Source of the DNA: Cycas panzhihuaensis
Taxonomy: Eukaryota > Plantae > Cycadophyta
Assembly (NCBI GenBank): GCA_023213395.1
Contig: CM041465.1
Coordinates: 222,773,741-222,837,740, forward strand
Length of the DNA: 64,000 bases
Direction of reading: 5' to 3'
The translations under genes were made by a program, and so were the position numbers. Position 1 is the stretch's first letter. Each line of letters starts with the position of its first letter. The notes under the pieces are model-generated. The model saw nothing but the letters and a program-made list of their open reading frames with translations, made no database searches and was not told the DNA's origin. This document shows positions 52,586-64,000 of the stretch, in pieces.

Positions 52586-53641
52586 ATGACGTCTAGTTTT
52601 GGGAATATGATTATTCCTAAATTTGATGGAAATAATTTTCTTAACTGGAGTAGGAGGATGAGGCCCATCCTCATAGCAAATGAAATGTGGGATATAGTGA
52701 GAAATGGTTACAATGACTTAGGATCAAATCCAACTGATACTGAAAAAGCTACATACAAAGAAAATATCAAAAAAGATAATGAAGCCTTAGCCCTTATTTT
52801 TTGTGCTTTGGAAGATCATGTTTTCCCACGAGTTAGTGAATCCCTTAAGTCTAAAGAGGCTTGGGATACTTTACAGCTTATATACGAAGGGGCTGCGTCC
52901 TCTAAACTACAAAACTTAAGAAGTAAGTTCGAAAATTTACGTATGATGCCTCATGAATCAATAACTGAATTTATGACCAAGATTCAAGATATAGTTAACC
53001 AAATGAGGTCCCTTGGGGATATCTTAACCGAACAAAGAGTCGTTGAACGAATTCTTCGATGTGTAGGAGCTGTTAGACGCTTTGAAATGGTAGCTACTAG
53101 TATTAGTGTATCTAAAAACCTAAGTACCCTCAAAATAGAACAACTTACTGCTATGCTTATGTCCATAGAAGAGCAACAAGCTGCCAATGAAACCTTAGAA
53201 CATGCCTTTGCTACAAAGGCCAACATTCAACCTAACCCTCAAGATAGCACCTCAAAACAAAACGAATCTCCTTTAAGGAGAAAAGATGAAAACCCTAGAA
53301 ATGAACCTAGACAAAATCCTCCACGATACCAAGCTCCTCATAATAGACAAGGACGACCCCCACAACATAAAAACTCTCCAAGACATTCGAACACTCAAAG
53401 AAACCCAAACCAACGAAGACAAGTTGAAAATCATTCTTGTTGTCCACATTGTCATGGGAACCCACAACCTTCTAAAACACCTCAAAACTATCGTGACCAA
53501 CCAAGAAATAATCATACTCAATTCTATGAGGAAAGGGGGAGACCTTTCAACCTTGATCACTCTCCACCAAGGAATCAAAATCTTAGTTATGGAAAAGAGA
53601 TCAACAATATTGCACTTATTGTCGAGAAATGGTCACACTGA
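52586..53641 (+). CDS. gag: Copia Gag (frameshift in the zinc knuckle near 53620)
   Basis: 351-aa ORF with PKFDGNNFLNW, KEAWDTLQ and LRMMPHESITEF. The knuckle CTYC...GHTEDKC is split by an indel. Confidence 0.9.
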   Translation: MTSSFGNMIIPKFDGNNFLNWSRRMRPILIANEMWDIVRNGYNDLGSNPTDTEKATYKENIKKDNEALALIFCALEDHVFPRVSESLKSKEAWDTLQLIYEGAASSKLQNLRSKFENLRMMPHESITEFMTKIQDIVNQMRSLGDILTEQRVVERILRCVGAVRRFEMVATSISVSKNLSTLKIEQLTAMLMSIEEQQAANETLEHAFATKANIQPNPQDSTSKQNESPLRRKDENPRNEPRQNPPRYQAPHNRQGRPPQHKNSPRHSNTQRNPNQRRQVENHSCCPHCHGNPQPSKTPQNYRDQPRNNHTQFYEERGRPFNLDHSPPRNQNLSYGKEINNIALIVEKWSH

Positions 53642-56600
53642 AGATAAGTGTTTTTCAAAACATGGACCACCCTCTAGAGGACATGTGTCAAATACATCAG
53701 AATCTAAAATCAACAATAGGTTATTTCTATCTAGTTTTTCAGCCCTAGAAGAAGATGACGATAGTTGGTACATTGATTCCGGTTGTTCCACCCACATGAC
53801 CCATAAAGAACAATTATTTCAAACTTTGGATACAAATAAGAAAGGGTCTATTATGTTTGGAGACAACACTTCTCACCAATCGATTGGAAAAGGTAACATT
53901 GCCTTATTGACTGATAGTGGTGAATATAAATATTTAAATGATGTTCTATATGTCCCTGCTTTAAGGAAAAACTTACTCTCAGAGGATGATGATGGGACAA
54001 GACTATAAAATAATTTTTGACAACGCGAATGTGTCATTAAAGACAAACGACAAAATGAAGCTATTGTTGCTAGGGGTATCATGACTAAAGATCGCGTATT
54101 TAAACTTACTATCACCCCTCGGATACATATGCCCTTAGAACTACAACTACTATGGATAGTGACCTATGGCATCGACGCTTTGGCCACCTTAATTATACCA
54201 GCTTAGCCCTTATGAAAAGATTAGATATGGTTAATGGCTTGCCCCTATTGATGTTAATAAAGAGTTGTGTGAGGATGCCTTCTTGGAAAACACCATAGAG
54301 AAAGTTTTCCAGACTTTTAGCCATCGGCATCCGCCTCTTCAACTCAGATACAGATATTTGTGGCCCAATGGCTACTCCCTTCCTTGGTGTGCCAAATATT
54401 TCCTTACATTTATTGATGACTTTACAAGAAAGACTTGGGTGTTCTTTCTCAAATACAACTGATGCTTTTGACCACTTTGTTGACTTCAAAACCTTCGTTG
54501 AGCGACAAAGTGGATATCATATCCTCTCCTTAAGATCAGATAATGGGGGAGAATTTACCTCTAATATCTTCAAAGATTACTGTATCCAACATGGGATTAG
54601 GCGACAACATACCAACCCCTACACCCCACAACAAAATGGTGTAGCTGAAAGGAAAAACAGAACTATCGTAGAAATGGCACGTTGTATGCTTAAAGATAAA
54701 AACTTAGGCCATGAATGTCCATACCGCAGTCTACTTACTTAATCGATGTTCCACAAAAGCCGTTAGGGGGAAGACACCAGAAGAAGCATGGACAGGTTAT
54801 AAACCTAGTATCCGTCACCTTAAGGTATTTGGTCGCTTAGCCTATGCCCACATTCCTGACCAAAGAAGAACCAAATTAGATGATCATAGTGTAAAATGTA
54901 TCTTTATTGGATATAGTGAATCGTCAAAATCTTACAAAGTTTATGATCCCAAATCCCGAAAAGTTATACTGAGTAGGGATGTCAAATTTCAAGAAGACAC
55001 CTACTATCAAAATAATCACGAACAACAGAAAGACATTACCATTAAGTTTAATGCATCAAATACATCTAAATATATGCCTCCTATGTGGAGAAACTCTCCG
55101 GAAACTACTAGGGAAACAACATCCCCTCAACCACCATCACAACCACTACCTAAATGGGTTCAACGCAATCATGACTTAGGAGACATATTGGATAACAATC
55201 GAAGATCTACACGTTCACACAAAGTTAACTTTGCTCTAATGAGTAAGTTACTTGAAAGTCATGAGCCTCAAACCTTTGGTGAGGCTAATCAACATGAGGC
55301 CGCAAAAGCCATGCAAGAGGAATATAAATCTATAGTTAAAAATGACACTTGGGAACTTGTAGACTTACCACCAAGAAAGAAAGCCATTGGAAGCAAATGG
55401 GTTTATAAGACTAAGTTCCACTCTGATGGATCAATTGATAAATATAAAGCTCGTTTAGTTGCCAAAGGATATGCCCAAAGAGAAGGCATAGACTATACTA
55501 AAACATTTGCCCCAGTTGCTAGAATGGAATCAGTTCGCATGATAATAAGTTTAGCCACTCAAATGGGTTGGCCTGTTTATCAAATGGACGTAAAACGTGC
55601 TTTCTTAAATGGTTATATCCAAGAAGATATCTATGTCTCTCAACCCCTCGGTTTTGAAGTCAGGGGGGAAGAAAACAAAGTGTATAAGTTAAAGAAAGCA
55701 TTATATGGTCTAAAACAAGCACCTAGGGCTTGGTATTCCCATATCGACACATATCTTAAAGATCAAGGGTTTGAAAGATCTCAAGCAGATCCAAACCTAT
55801 ACACCAAAATTAAAGGAAATTCGATATACGTAGACGACTTAATTTATACCGGAAATGACTCCCAACTTTTAAATCAATTTAAAGAAGCTATGTGTAAGGA
55901 ATTCGAAATGACAGACTTAGGTCTTATGCACTACTTCCTAGGATTGGAAGTGTGGCAAGATAAACAAGGAATATTTATCTCTCAACGTAAATATATATTA
56001 GACCTTCTACAAAGATTTAATATGACAAACTCAGAAACCATTATCAATACCAAAGAATTGGAATTAAACTGTCTAAGACAGATGACTCAACTTCAGTTGA
56101 TCCCACTCACTATAGACAACTAATTGGTAGCCTACTTTATTTAACCTCTACTCGACCTGATATAACATATTCCGTAAGTGTTGTATCTAGATTTATGCAG
56201 GATCCAAAGACATCTCACTGGCAAGCTGCTAAAAGAATCCTCAGATACCTTAAAGGGACTTCAGACTTTGGATTATACTACAAACCTACATCCGAGTTTC
56301 AGTTAACTGGTTATACAGATTCAGATTAGGCTGGTGATATTGATGATAGAAAATCTACTTCCGGTTATGCATTTAGTATGGGATCAGCAGTAGCTTGGAG
56401 TACAAAGAAACAAAATACTGTTTCCTTATCCACAGCTGAAGCATAATATAAAGCCGCAGTGTTAGGAGCTTGTGAATCAATCCTAAGAAGACTCTTACAG
56501 ATTTTCAAATTAAACAAAGAAGGTCCTACAAAAATTTGGTGTGACAATCGTAGCGCTATTCAAATGACCAAAATCCAAGATTCCATGGCGTAACAAAGTA

Positions 56601-56752
56601 CATTGAAACTCAATACCACTTCATTCGGAACTTGTACAAGGTAATGTATAGAGTTGACTTATTGTAGCAATCAAGATCAAACAATGGATATTTTTACAAA
56701 GGCCTTGGGAAAAATCAAGTTTGAAAAGTTCGAGATGATTTAGGAGTCATAC
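53642..56752 (+). pseudogene. pol: Copia pol (PR, INT, RT, RH), broken mainly by small indels
   Basis: WYIDSGCSTHMT, LRSDNGGEF, YTPQQNGVAERKNRT, YKARLVAKG, ALYGLKQAPRAW, IYVDDL, IWCDNRSAI. Confidence 0.93.
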
Positions 56753-57358
56753 ACATTGGGCTTATGGGGAGAATGTTGGGAATAATCCCAATGTATATGC
56801 ACTAGAGCTTAGGGCCCCTCAAAGCCACCTTTGAGGGCCCCTAGGGCACCTTGAGCCGCTCAAAAGCCGCCGGACCGACCACTCACGTGAGGTACGATCA
56901 CCGCTTATTTATTTTTATATTTTTTCAAACTAACCTTAATTGTTGTGCAGCTAGGGTGATGGCGCCCGACGCCTCCCCGAATTCTCTATATAAGGGTTGG
57001 GAATACCTCCCTGGTGTTTATTAACACCGCCACTCTATTGGAAATTGCCGTTGTACTCAAGATGAGAACGTCGTGATGTCCTGCTCTGCTCCTCCGGCTC
57101 CATCAACTGGTTGGAATCTAAGAGACATGCAAACTACCATTTATAGATCAGTTGGACCTAATTGATTGGAATTTATCTTAATTGACTCAATTGCTAACTT
57201 GTTGACTAAGTGATTAACTCACTAGCTCCCTATTTCAACTTGCGATCCTAACATGAGAACCCACACGTATAATAAAAATGTACTAAAAAGTACCTAAATC
57301 TAATTAATATAAGCCATAGTACATTTATGCCACCTGATACACATAAAATAGCTCATCA

Positions 57359-59056
57359 TGGCCCTTCATCTTAAAAATATTTATTGCCATCAACTTTTGG
57401 GGTAAAATTGTTAGGATGACTCAAATCTTCTTCGATGATGCTTCTGCCTCCAACTGCTTAAATGGCCCTATCACAAGATTGATTGAGTTGCACTAGTTGA
57501 TTAGGTAAGGCTACCCATTGACTCTTGCTCTTTGTGTGCTAGCTACAAACACCCTGAGATACCTCATCAAAGACTAGGTTAGAGAGGTTGCCATCAAGGG
57601 CATCTTTTTTCCCAAGGTTAGAAGCAAGCAAATGGTCAATGGCCACTTTGTTAACAACTCCTTCCTTACTGTTCAAACTAAATTAGAATTAGCAATTCAA
57701 GCCCTAGATTGCATCCAAACCTTATATTTGGTTTTTGGGTCCAACATATAATAGAAAAAGCTAATTTGTTACCTACAGTTGGTCCATGACCACTAGAGTG
57801 ACTTCAAGGACATGAATAGTTGCGGATTAGACTTGGAGCAAACTTCAAATTCCTTGGCATCCCATTCAGCTTCCAAACCTACATCTCTCGAACATGTGAG
57901 AGTTTGTTCTCAACAGGATTGAGAAGAAGATCGGTAGATGGTTAGCAAGGAAGTATTTGATGTACACCAAATTTTTGCTTACCACCTATGTTTGCTACTC
58001 ATCCTACTAGATTCCCTCTAGAGCTGGCTATGATAGGTTGGTCAACCTCTTAATAGCTTACTTATGGTCCCTCGAAGAAGGTTAAAAAGGCTCCAATCAA
58101 TTTAGTTAAGACATCTACTATCAAAAAAGAGCCATTAGGGATCTGAGGATTATTGATGTCAAAAAATTGGGCTTTGCATTGTTCTAAATGCCTTATCTAA
58201 GAGAGTGAAGGGGAGGAGGCATGGAGGATTCTTATTAGAAATAATCTCTCCTTCATAGCTCCTCTTGAGATGAAGTGGTTCCTTTGGACCCCCCACACTA
58301 CGCAAATAGCTTTAGTGGTTATTAAAGTCAAAAAGGTCACCAATCTTTGAATGCATCTGGTTTGGTTGGGAACCTTATAAGTTGCTCCTTAAGTGGGAAG
58401 GAAATAGGCCCTAGAAGGGCTTGTCAATTGGGGATCACTCCATTTGGTAGCCTCCAATTATTCTCAAAAATGACAAATGCCTTGACCAAATTCCCCAATT
58501 CAAAGCCAAAACATTATTTAGAAAAGCTCTCTACACGATGGGACAACTCTTCAACCCTACCAAAGTTTGGTGGGCAACTTGGAATGAGCTTAAACAAGAC
58601 ATTTGGTTGAAAAAGAAGGACAAGTTTACTCTAAAGGAAATATGGTAACTCTTCCCACCAAATCAAATTCCCAATTCGACGATGACCCCTCACTCTAAAT
58701 GGTGGAAAGATTAGGCTCAATACTCTACCAAAAGTTTTGGCAGGTTTTCCATATCCCATGTTCACAATCTATCGATGCCTTCTATCCAACTAGAAGAGAG
58801 TCTTAACAAAATTAGGAACCCTAAAGCCCATAATAGGGTTTGACTACAAAGAGTTGAGGGTTATGGAAAGCACCACTACAACTCAAAAAGACAACTTTTA
58901 CTTGGTCACTTTTGCAAAATGGCTTTACTATTAAGGTTAGATAAACCAAGCCTGGCAATCCCAACAGCTCTTGCCCCATTTGTGGTCAAACCAAATCTGT
59001 TATATACAAGTTTGGGTGGTACACTTTGACTAAAAGTCCCTAGTCTCATATCAAAA
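57359..59056 (+). mobile_element. LINE ORF2 segment: RT core to zinc finger
   Basis: Resumes KWPFIL after TSD TGGCC. R*GYPL (RQGCPL-like), HFVNNSFL (FADD-like), FKFLGIP, CPICGQTKSVI (zf-RVT-like). Confidence 0.85.
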
Positions 59057-60310
59057 TGTTCTCCATGTCAATTCATGTTAAAAGTTAGTCAACACACGGG
59101 CATCCCAAAACTACCCAATAACATAGCCGTCTTATGTCCTCTTTCGCCTTGATGTCAGCTACATGTTAGAACATCTTACAACCTATGCAACATTTATTAC
59201 ATAGATATACACATAAGATACACAAGATATTCCTTGTAACTCGTCATTCCATTAATTAACACTAGATACAATCTCTTGGAAATATTATATCAAATACTTA
59301 ATTCAACTCTTAACCTTGAAAGTACGTCATATGACTCACTAGCTCGACTCTAACCTTGAGAGCATGACATATGACTCAATCATATAGCTCTCACCCACGA
59401 GAATGTGACTTGTGACAAGTGACTTGGCTCTCATTATTGGACAAACAAGAAACAACCTATTTATACACTTTTCATAGTCAATCACCCCAAAAGGTATGAC
59501 TTTATAATATGTTTTTCCTCTCTTCATAACAAGAACCTTAATCACATTAATCAGCTTAAATCCTTTTATACATTTGTACAGTCATACGAACCTCCAATCC
59601 TAGAGTTGGCTCAGAACCGTCCTCATTAAACCATTTGTCGCTCCTACAAACCATTCACCATTCCGAAGTAGTTAGAGAACCATTCTTAGAGAGTCAAATT
59701 GTCAACCTACAACTATCCCAATCGTTCTAGAACCATTCCCTATGCCATTTTTCTAATGAGTACTTAATTTTGCCATCTCAACGCTAGAAACCATTCCTAG
59801 AACCCTCCCACAATTGTTCTAAGTGCCAAATTCACTACCAACATCTATCTTAGGATGCAGCAAAGGGTTTGAGCATCCTTGCTCAACCATGCCAAAAACT
59901 TTTGTGCTAGTCTGTGAAAAGTAATTGGCAATGGGTCACCTTCACCCACTTCTACTTTTGAGTTGCACCCATAGCTCAGCCACTTGTATTTTTCTCATGA
60001 ACAGAACCTCACACAATTGTTTGAACCAATGTTGATTTGAAGATTAACTCTACTTGGAGTGGTGGGTGAAATTCTCATATTGTTTCTTCGTTTTTTTTCT
60101 TTTTCTTTTTTTTTTTTTTTGGTGGGGGGGGGGGGGGGGGGGCATGGAGAGGAGGGGGAGCTCAAATAGTCTTGAAAATTCCCTTAATTTTGGTGATTTG
60201 GCATATTAATTAGTTGCAAGATGTGAGTTATAATTATTTTTTCTATTTTTTGTATTGTTATGTTTACATACCAAAATGGAACTAAATCTTGATACCATGG
60301 CAGCCTCGAC
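59057..60310 (-). repeat. Probable LTR/3' non-coding part of the minus-strand Gypsy
   Basis: TATAAATAGG on minus near 59460, AACCATTC repeats, PPT-like GAAGCAGGGGA near 60313-60323. Boundaries uncertain. Confidence 0.4.
60090..60160. repeat. Adjacent poly-T and poly-G tracts
   Basis: T-runs at 60092-60120 followed by about 19 consecutive G. Confidence 0.9.
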
Positions 60311-60399
60311 TATCCCCTGCTTCAAGCAAATACATTATAATACACTCGAACGACTCCTCTAGAAAATTCGCCCTACCCTAATTGTGGTAGGATTTGAAT

Positions 60400-62890
60400 T
60401 TGTTACCCTTGGCCATTGTTTGACAGTAGTTGGCATCCTTGTACACCTCTTAATTCTCCCTAATACGTTTGGGATTTATTGTATGGCTGCCATACTCGAT
60501 CGTCCTTTTTGAGATATGGTGAATTGACATGGTGGTCATGCCATGGCTTTTTTGGCTTTTGTGTTTGCTAAAATTGGCTTTATTGTATTTCCTTTTTTAT
60601 TGTCCTTTGGCTGATCTTCCCCTTCGGTACTATGACTTCTAGAATTGTGGCTATCATGCATTCCATTTCCCTTATAGTTGTTCCCATTGTTAGAGCAAGT
60701 TTCCCCAAAGTTGTCATTAACGTCAGAATATTCATGTTTGCATTCCTCTTTCCCTTTACTCATACTAATAATGTCCTAGATATTTTTCCATTCATGGTTA
60801 TTCATAATACTATAAGAATCCTCACTACTAGTTGTATTCACATCCTCATCATTGTCATCTGCATAACAATGGTTATTTGTGTTTTCACAACTGTCCATAT
60901 TTTTTACAATGCATATTATGATTCATATCGAGAATAATTCACATATTATAACAATTAGTATAGTCTGACTACAATTTTCCATAACCATTGTGATGTTGCT
61001 CATGTGAGGTGTTCATTACCATTATTTCTTCTACACCCTAGTGTGCTTCTTGAAATACGCTAATTTTTAGCCACTTGATCACTCTCAACAGTGGAATGGT
61101 TAATTTTAGTTGCTTTGATAGATTCTCTATTAGTCTCAACGTCTACAAAACATCTTCCAAGGGACTGTTGTTTAATAAATTAGTTGCATCAATTGGTGTG
61201 CTCTTGATTGCCTATGGCTTCCTTACTGCAGTGGGCTCACTTCGCTCCGGAGATGCCCTCCTTTTATATACTTGCTTCTCCTCTAGTTTGGGTAAGATGG
61301 GGTGGTTCTTTTTCACCTCCTTGGCCGCTTCCTCCAACGCCTTCTTAACTTGAGTGAAGGAATCAATTTCCATCTCAAGTTTTGGGTAATCTAATCTATC
61401 CTTCTTAGGGTTGGCTACCAATTCACTTATTGTCTCTAGATTCAATATTGTAAGTGTGTGGGCACATTTAGTGGGCAATTTTCTAAAGGGTGATTACATG
61501 GTCCACATTTTTTGCATTTGTGAGTGCTATTGTCTCCAACTTTTTTGTAGGATAATTTGACCTCTAATGCTCAAACTCCAAACAAAACAAACACCTCCCT
61601 GCTAAGGTCTTTTTTTTAGAATGGTCTACAATAGTTTTTGTTGCATATATAGTGCATAATTCACTCCCTCTACCTCTTCCTCTAACCAAAGCACTCTTTG
61701 CCCTAGAATTGTAGTAGCAATCCTTTGTTGTGCAAGTATTTGTATCAAATATATGACACCATTTGGACTCCTTTCTTACATTCTTAGAGCTATGGAAGCA
61801 TTCCTTCATTATGTGTGTATCTATTTCGCAGGTAGGGCACCATTTAGATTTCTTTATTGCCTTAGTTTTAGAGTTTAGACAACATTCTTTTGTATTATGT
61901 GTTTCTTCTTGGCAATATGGCACCATTTAGGTTCAATACTTGTTCTCATAAGTCTATTGTTGCTCGACTTATTCTCCATTGGGTCTTCTCTTTTAATTTG
62001 TAGTTTTAACTTTGAAATCTCTTCTCTTAATTTTTCCATTTATGAAGGTGCTTCCTTAATCACTGCTTTGCAAATTTTTTCTTCATGCAACTCTTTAATT
62101 TCTTCATATAGCGTTCTTAACATACTATCTTGCATCCCCAATTCTTCAAAATTCATTTCTTTACAAATTCAATAACCAACTCCTTGATTTTTGCAAATGT
62201 TTTATTGGGTGTTGTTTCAATGCACTTCTCAACTTAGGTTGCAATGCATTTATGAAGTAGTTGTTTAATAGAAAATATGGGAGTTCTTCTCTACTTGTAA
62301 CATTTACTACAATTATTGGCAAATGGCTTGAATAATCTAGCACTTACTCACCTGGTCATTGTTTCAAGATGGCAAATGCTTGCATTACATCTTCATTGCT
62401 ATGGAATTTCTGAAATCTCTCCTGGAACTCACTGACAATTTGTTCCCATGTTTTTGATTTTGCGTCTAACTCTTTGTACCATCATAATGGCACTCCCCTT
62501 ATTATATAAACAAACCTTCCTTTAACCATTTTTTATTGGAACTCCTCTTACATCAATCATATTCTTCAATAGATATAGATGTTTTGCAGTATCTATAGTA
62601 CCATCAAATATAAGCTAATCAAAGGCACTTTCATTATGGTATCCTAAAGATGCCATTTTAGCAAGTGGCTTTGGTTTTGGCATTCCTCCACTTACTATGT
62701 TAACCCTTGGTGACAACCTCATCTTTAGTGTTATTTCTACTCCCTCTTAGCCCACTTCTTTCAAATACATCAATAGACTTCTCCTTAGTCACCCCTCTTA
62801 GCAACGTGCTCATTTTATGCACCTGTCTTAATTTACTTTCCTTTGTCCAACATATTGTCTTTCAGTGGCTCGACTCTAGTATTCCGCTAC
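60400..62890 (-). pseudogene. gag: Gypsy-type gag with multiple zinc knuckles, no pol visible
   Basis: FDGTID..KHL, WYKELD..SKTWEQIVSEFQERF, FINALQPKLR, and repeated WCxxCxxxxHxxxxC. Confidence 0.8.
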
Positions 62891-62897
62891 TCAGAGG

Positions 62898-64000
62898 TGT
62901 TGGGGTATAAAGTGATCCTATGGCTATGGGAAGACCAGAGGTAGGTTAGGTAACCTGAGTTGTGCAGGTACAGACCGTACGACGGTACGCACGAGGCAAA
63001 ATGGCGAAGAAATCAACATTCTAGGTACGTATGACAGGTGCGTACCTGAAACGGGTACGTATGACAGATACATACCAACGGCGGAACGGAACCGAGCGGA
63101 AACGGTACGCACGATTCAAAGGGACCAGTGAAGGCCTGTGAAGCTGCCAGACGTACGTACGGACGTACGGATCCAAAGAGTCATTAATTAAGTGCCTAAC
63201 AAGTGATTAATGAAAGGGTACGTAAGACTGAAGGGGTACGGTTATGACAGGCAGTCATAACCCTTCAGCCAAAAGGTACCAACATGAGTACTTAAGGAGG
63301 TACGCATGAACCACCAGGTTAGGGTGAGAGCCGATTATCACAGGTACGCAAAGGTGCAGAGGACAACACGTATGACAGCTAGTTGGAGCAGCATTGTATG
63401 ATAAGTACCATCTGGGTACGCATATGTAATAGAAGGAATGTATACTGCTGGAATGCACAGGAATGCATTCCAGCCTATGTGTAATTGAACTGTTTACTTA
63501 ATAAAATGAAGAGTTACGTGGAAAGTGGTATATTTTTTGTGTTGTGATGATGAATTGAACTGCTGTGTACCATTGTGGTATAATTCTGTGAAATATATGT
63601 GGAATGTATGCGAATGACCATGTTGACAGTATCCTGAACTAGACTATAGCGCTGTGTAACCTTGACAAGTGTAAGGGGTATCTCATAAGTGTAATAAGAT
63701 AACCTATCAAGTCAACATTGGTTTCGTTGCCTACGTCCGTTGAGGAGGGATAGGGCCTAGGAGTTTCAAAGAAAGGAATGTATAAAGGGCAGAGGACCCT
63801 GGCTACCGTCGTGATGGCGGGCTGTAACTAAGCCACCGGCAGCCAGGGGACCTTCCAATGCCACCTAAGAGGCCTTCAAAGTCGGAAGAGCCCCAGAAGG
63901 ATACTTCACCCAAAGAAAAGGAGACCAGCAGACAAAGGGCATTAAGATGGTCGAAGGAAGCAAAACTCAGAAGGGCAAGGAGATTAAGTTCGCAGAACAA
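62898..64000 (+). mobile_element. Young CpG-rich LTR (possibly Tat-like Gypsy), runs off the window
   Basis: Abrupt composition change at TGTTGGGG, TATAAAGGG at 63781, non-coding and motif-rich. Partner LTR and TSD (predicted AGAGG) not visible. Confidence 0.6.

Larger units (their letters stand above)
48652..57105 (+). mobile_element. Young near-intact Ty1/Copia with a 3.6-kb leader
   Basis: LTRs at 48652-48981 and 56774-57105, perfect PBS TGGTATCAGAGCC at 48984-48996, PPT at 56765-56773, perfect TSD ACTGG, all domains present. Confidence 0.98.
40300..57358 (-). mobile_element. Non-autonomous LARD-like LTR element hosting two nested Copias
   Basis: 3' LTR at 40300-40735 with PPT at 40736-40745. 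5' LTR at 48477-48651 plus 57106-57358, PBS at 48468-48474, perfect TSD TGGCC. About 3 kb of own internal sequence with no gag/pol recognised. Confidence 0.9.

Noticed and set aside
53286-54008. 240-aa ORF as a separate gene or programmed frameshift
   Set aside because: Its C-terminal half is the protease, and the break falls inside the zinc knuckle, so it is an indel in a single gag-pol frame.
60121-60160. Poly-G tract as a functional G-quadruplex
   Set aside because: Homopolymer length is unreliable and there is no conservation evidence in the window.
60286-60297. TGGTATCAAGA on minus as a PBS
   Set aside because: It lies downstream of gag and about 15 nt from a PPT-like tract, with no LTR demonstrable before it. 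Left unresolved.

Overview
This is AT-rich eukaryotic DNA that looks like land-plant heterochromatin. It consists almost entirely of nested, mostly decayed retroelements, and I found no host gene. One L1-type LINE (+) is split into four pieces over about 45 kb (~13690-59056) by three insertion blocks. The first is a chromovirus Gypsy (13809-19735). The second is a probable 3-kb solo LTR holding a three-LTR tandem Copia (24839-39405), which itself holds a gag-only element (25751-29522). The third is a non-coding LARD-like element (40300-57358) holding an RT-less Copia (43315-48076) and a young, near-intact Copia (48652-57105, perfect TSD ACTGG). The left end has a Gypsy integrase split by a gag-less Copia (23-3915) and by a chimeric Copia with mismatched LTRs (6118-10990). 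The right end has a Gypsy gag with about five zinc knuckles and a young LTR packed with GTAC and TGACAG motifs. The most unusual region is the 3.6-kb leader of the young Copia: a candidate giant intron containing a tRNA-sized cloverleaf-like island, ~195-bp periodic modules and a ~420-nt multi-hairpin island. Similar modules appear in unrelated elements here. All alignments, translations and folds were done by eye, so approximate boundaries need computational confirmation.
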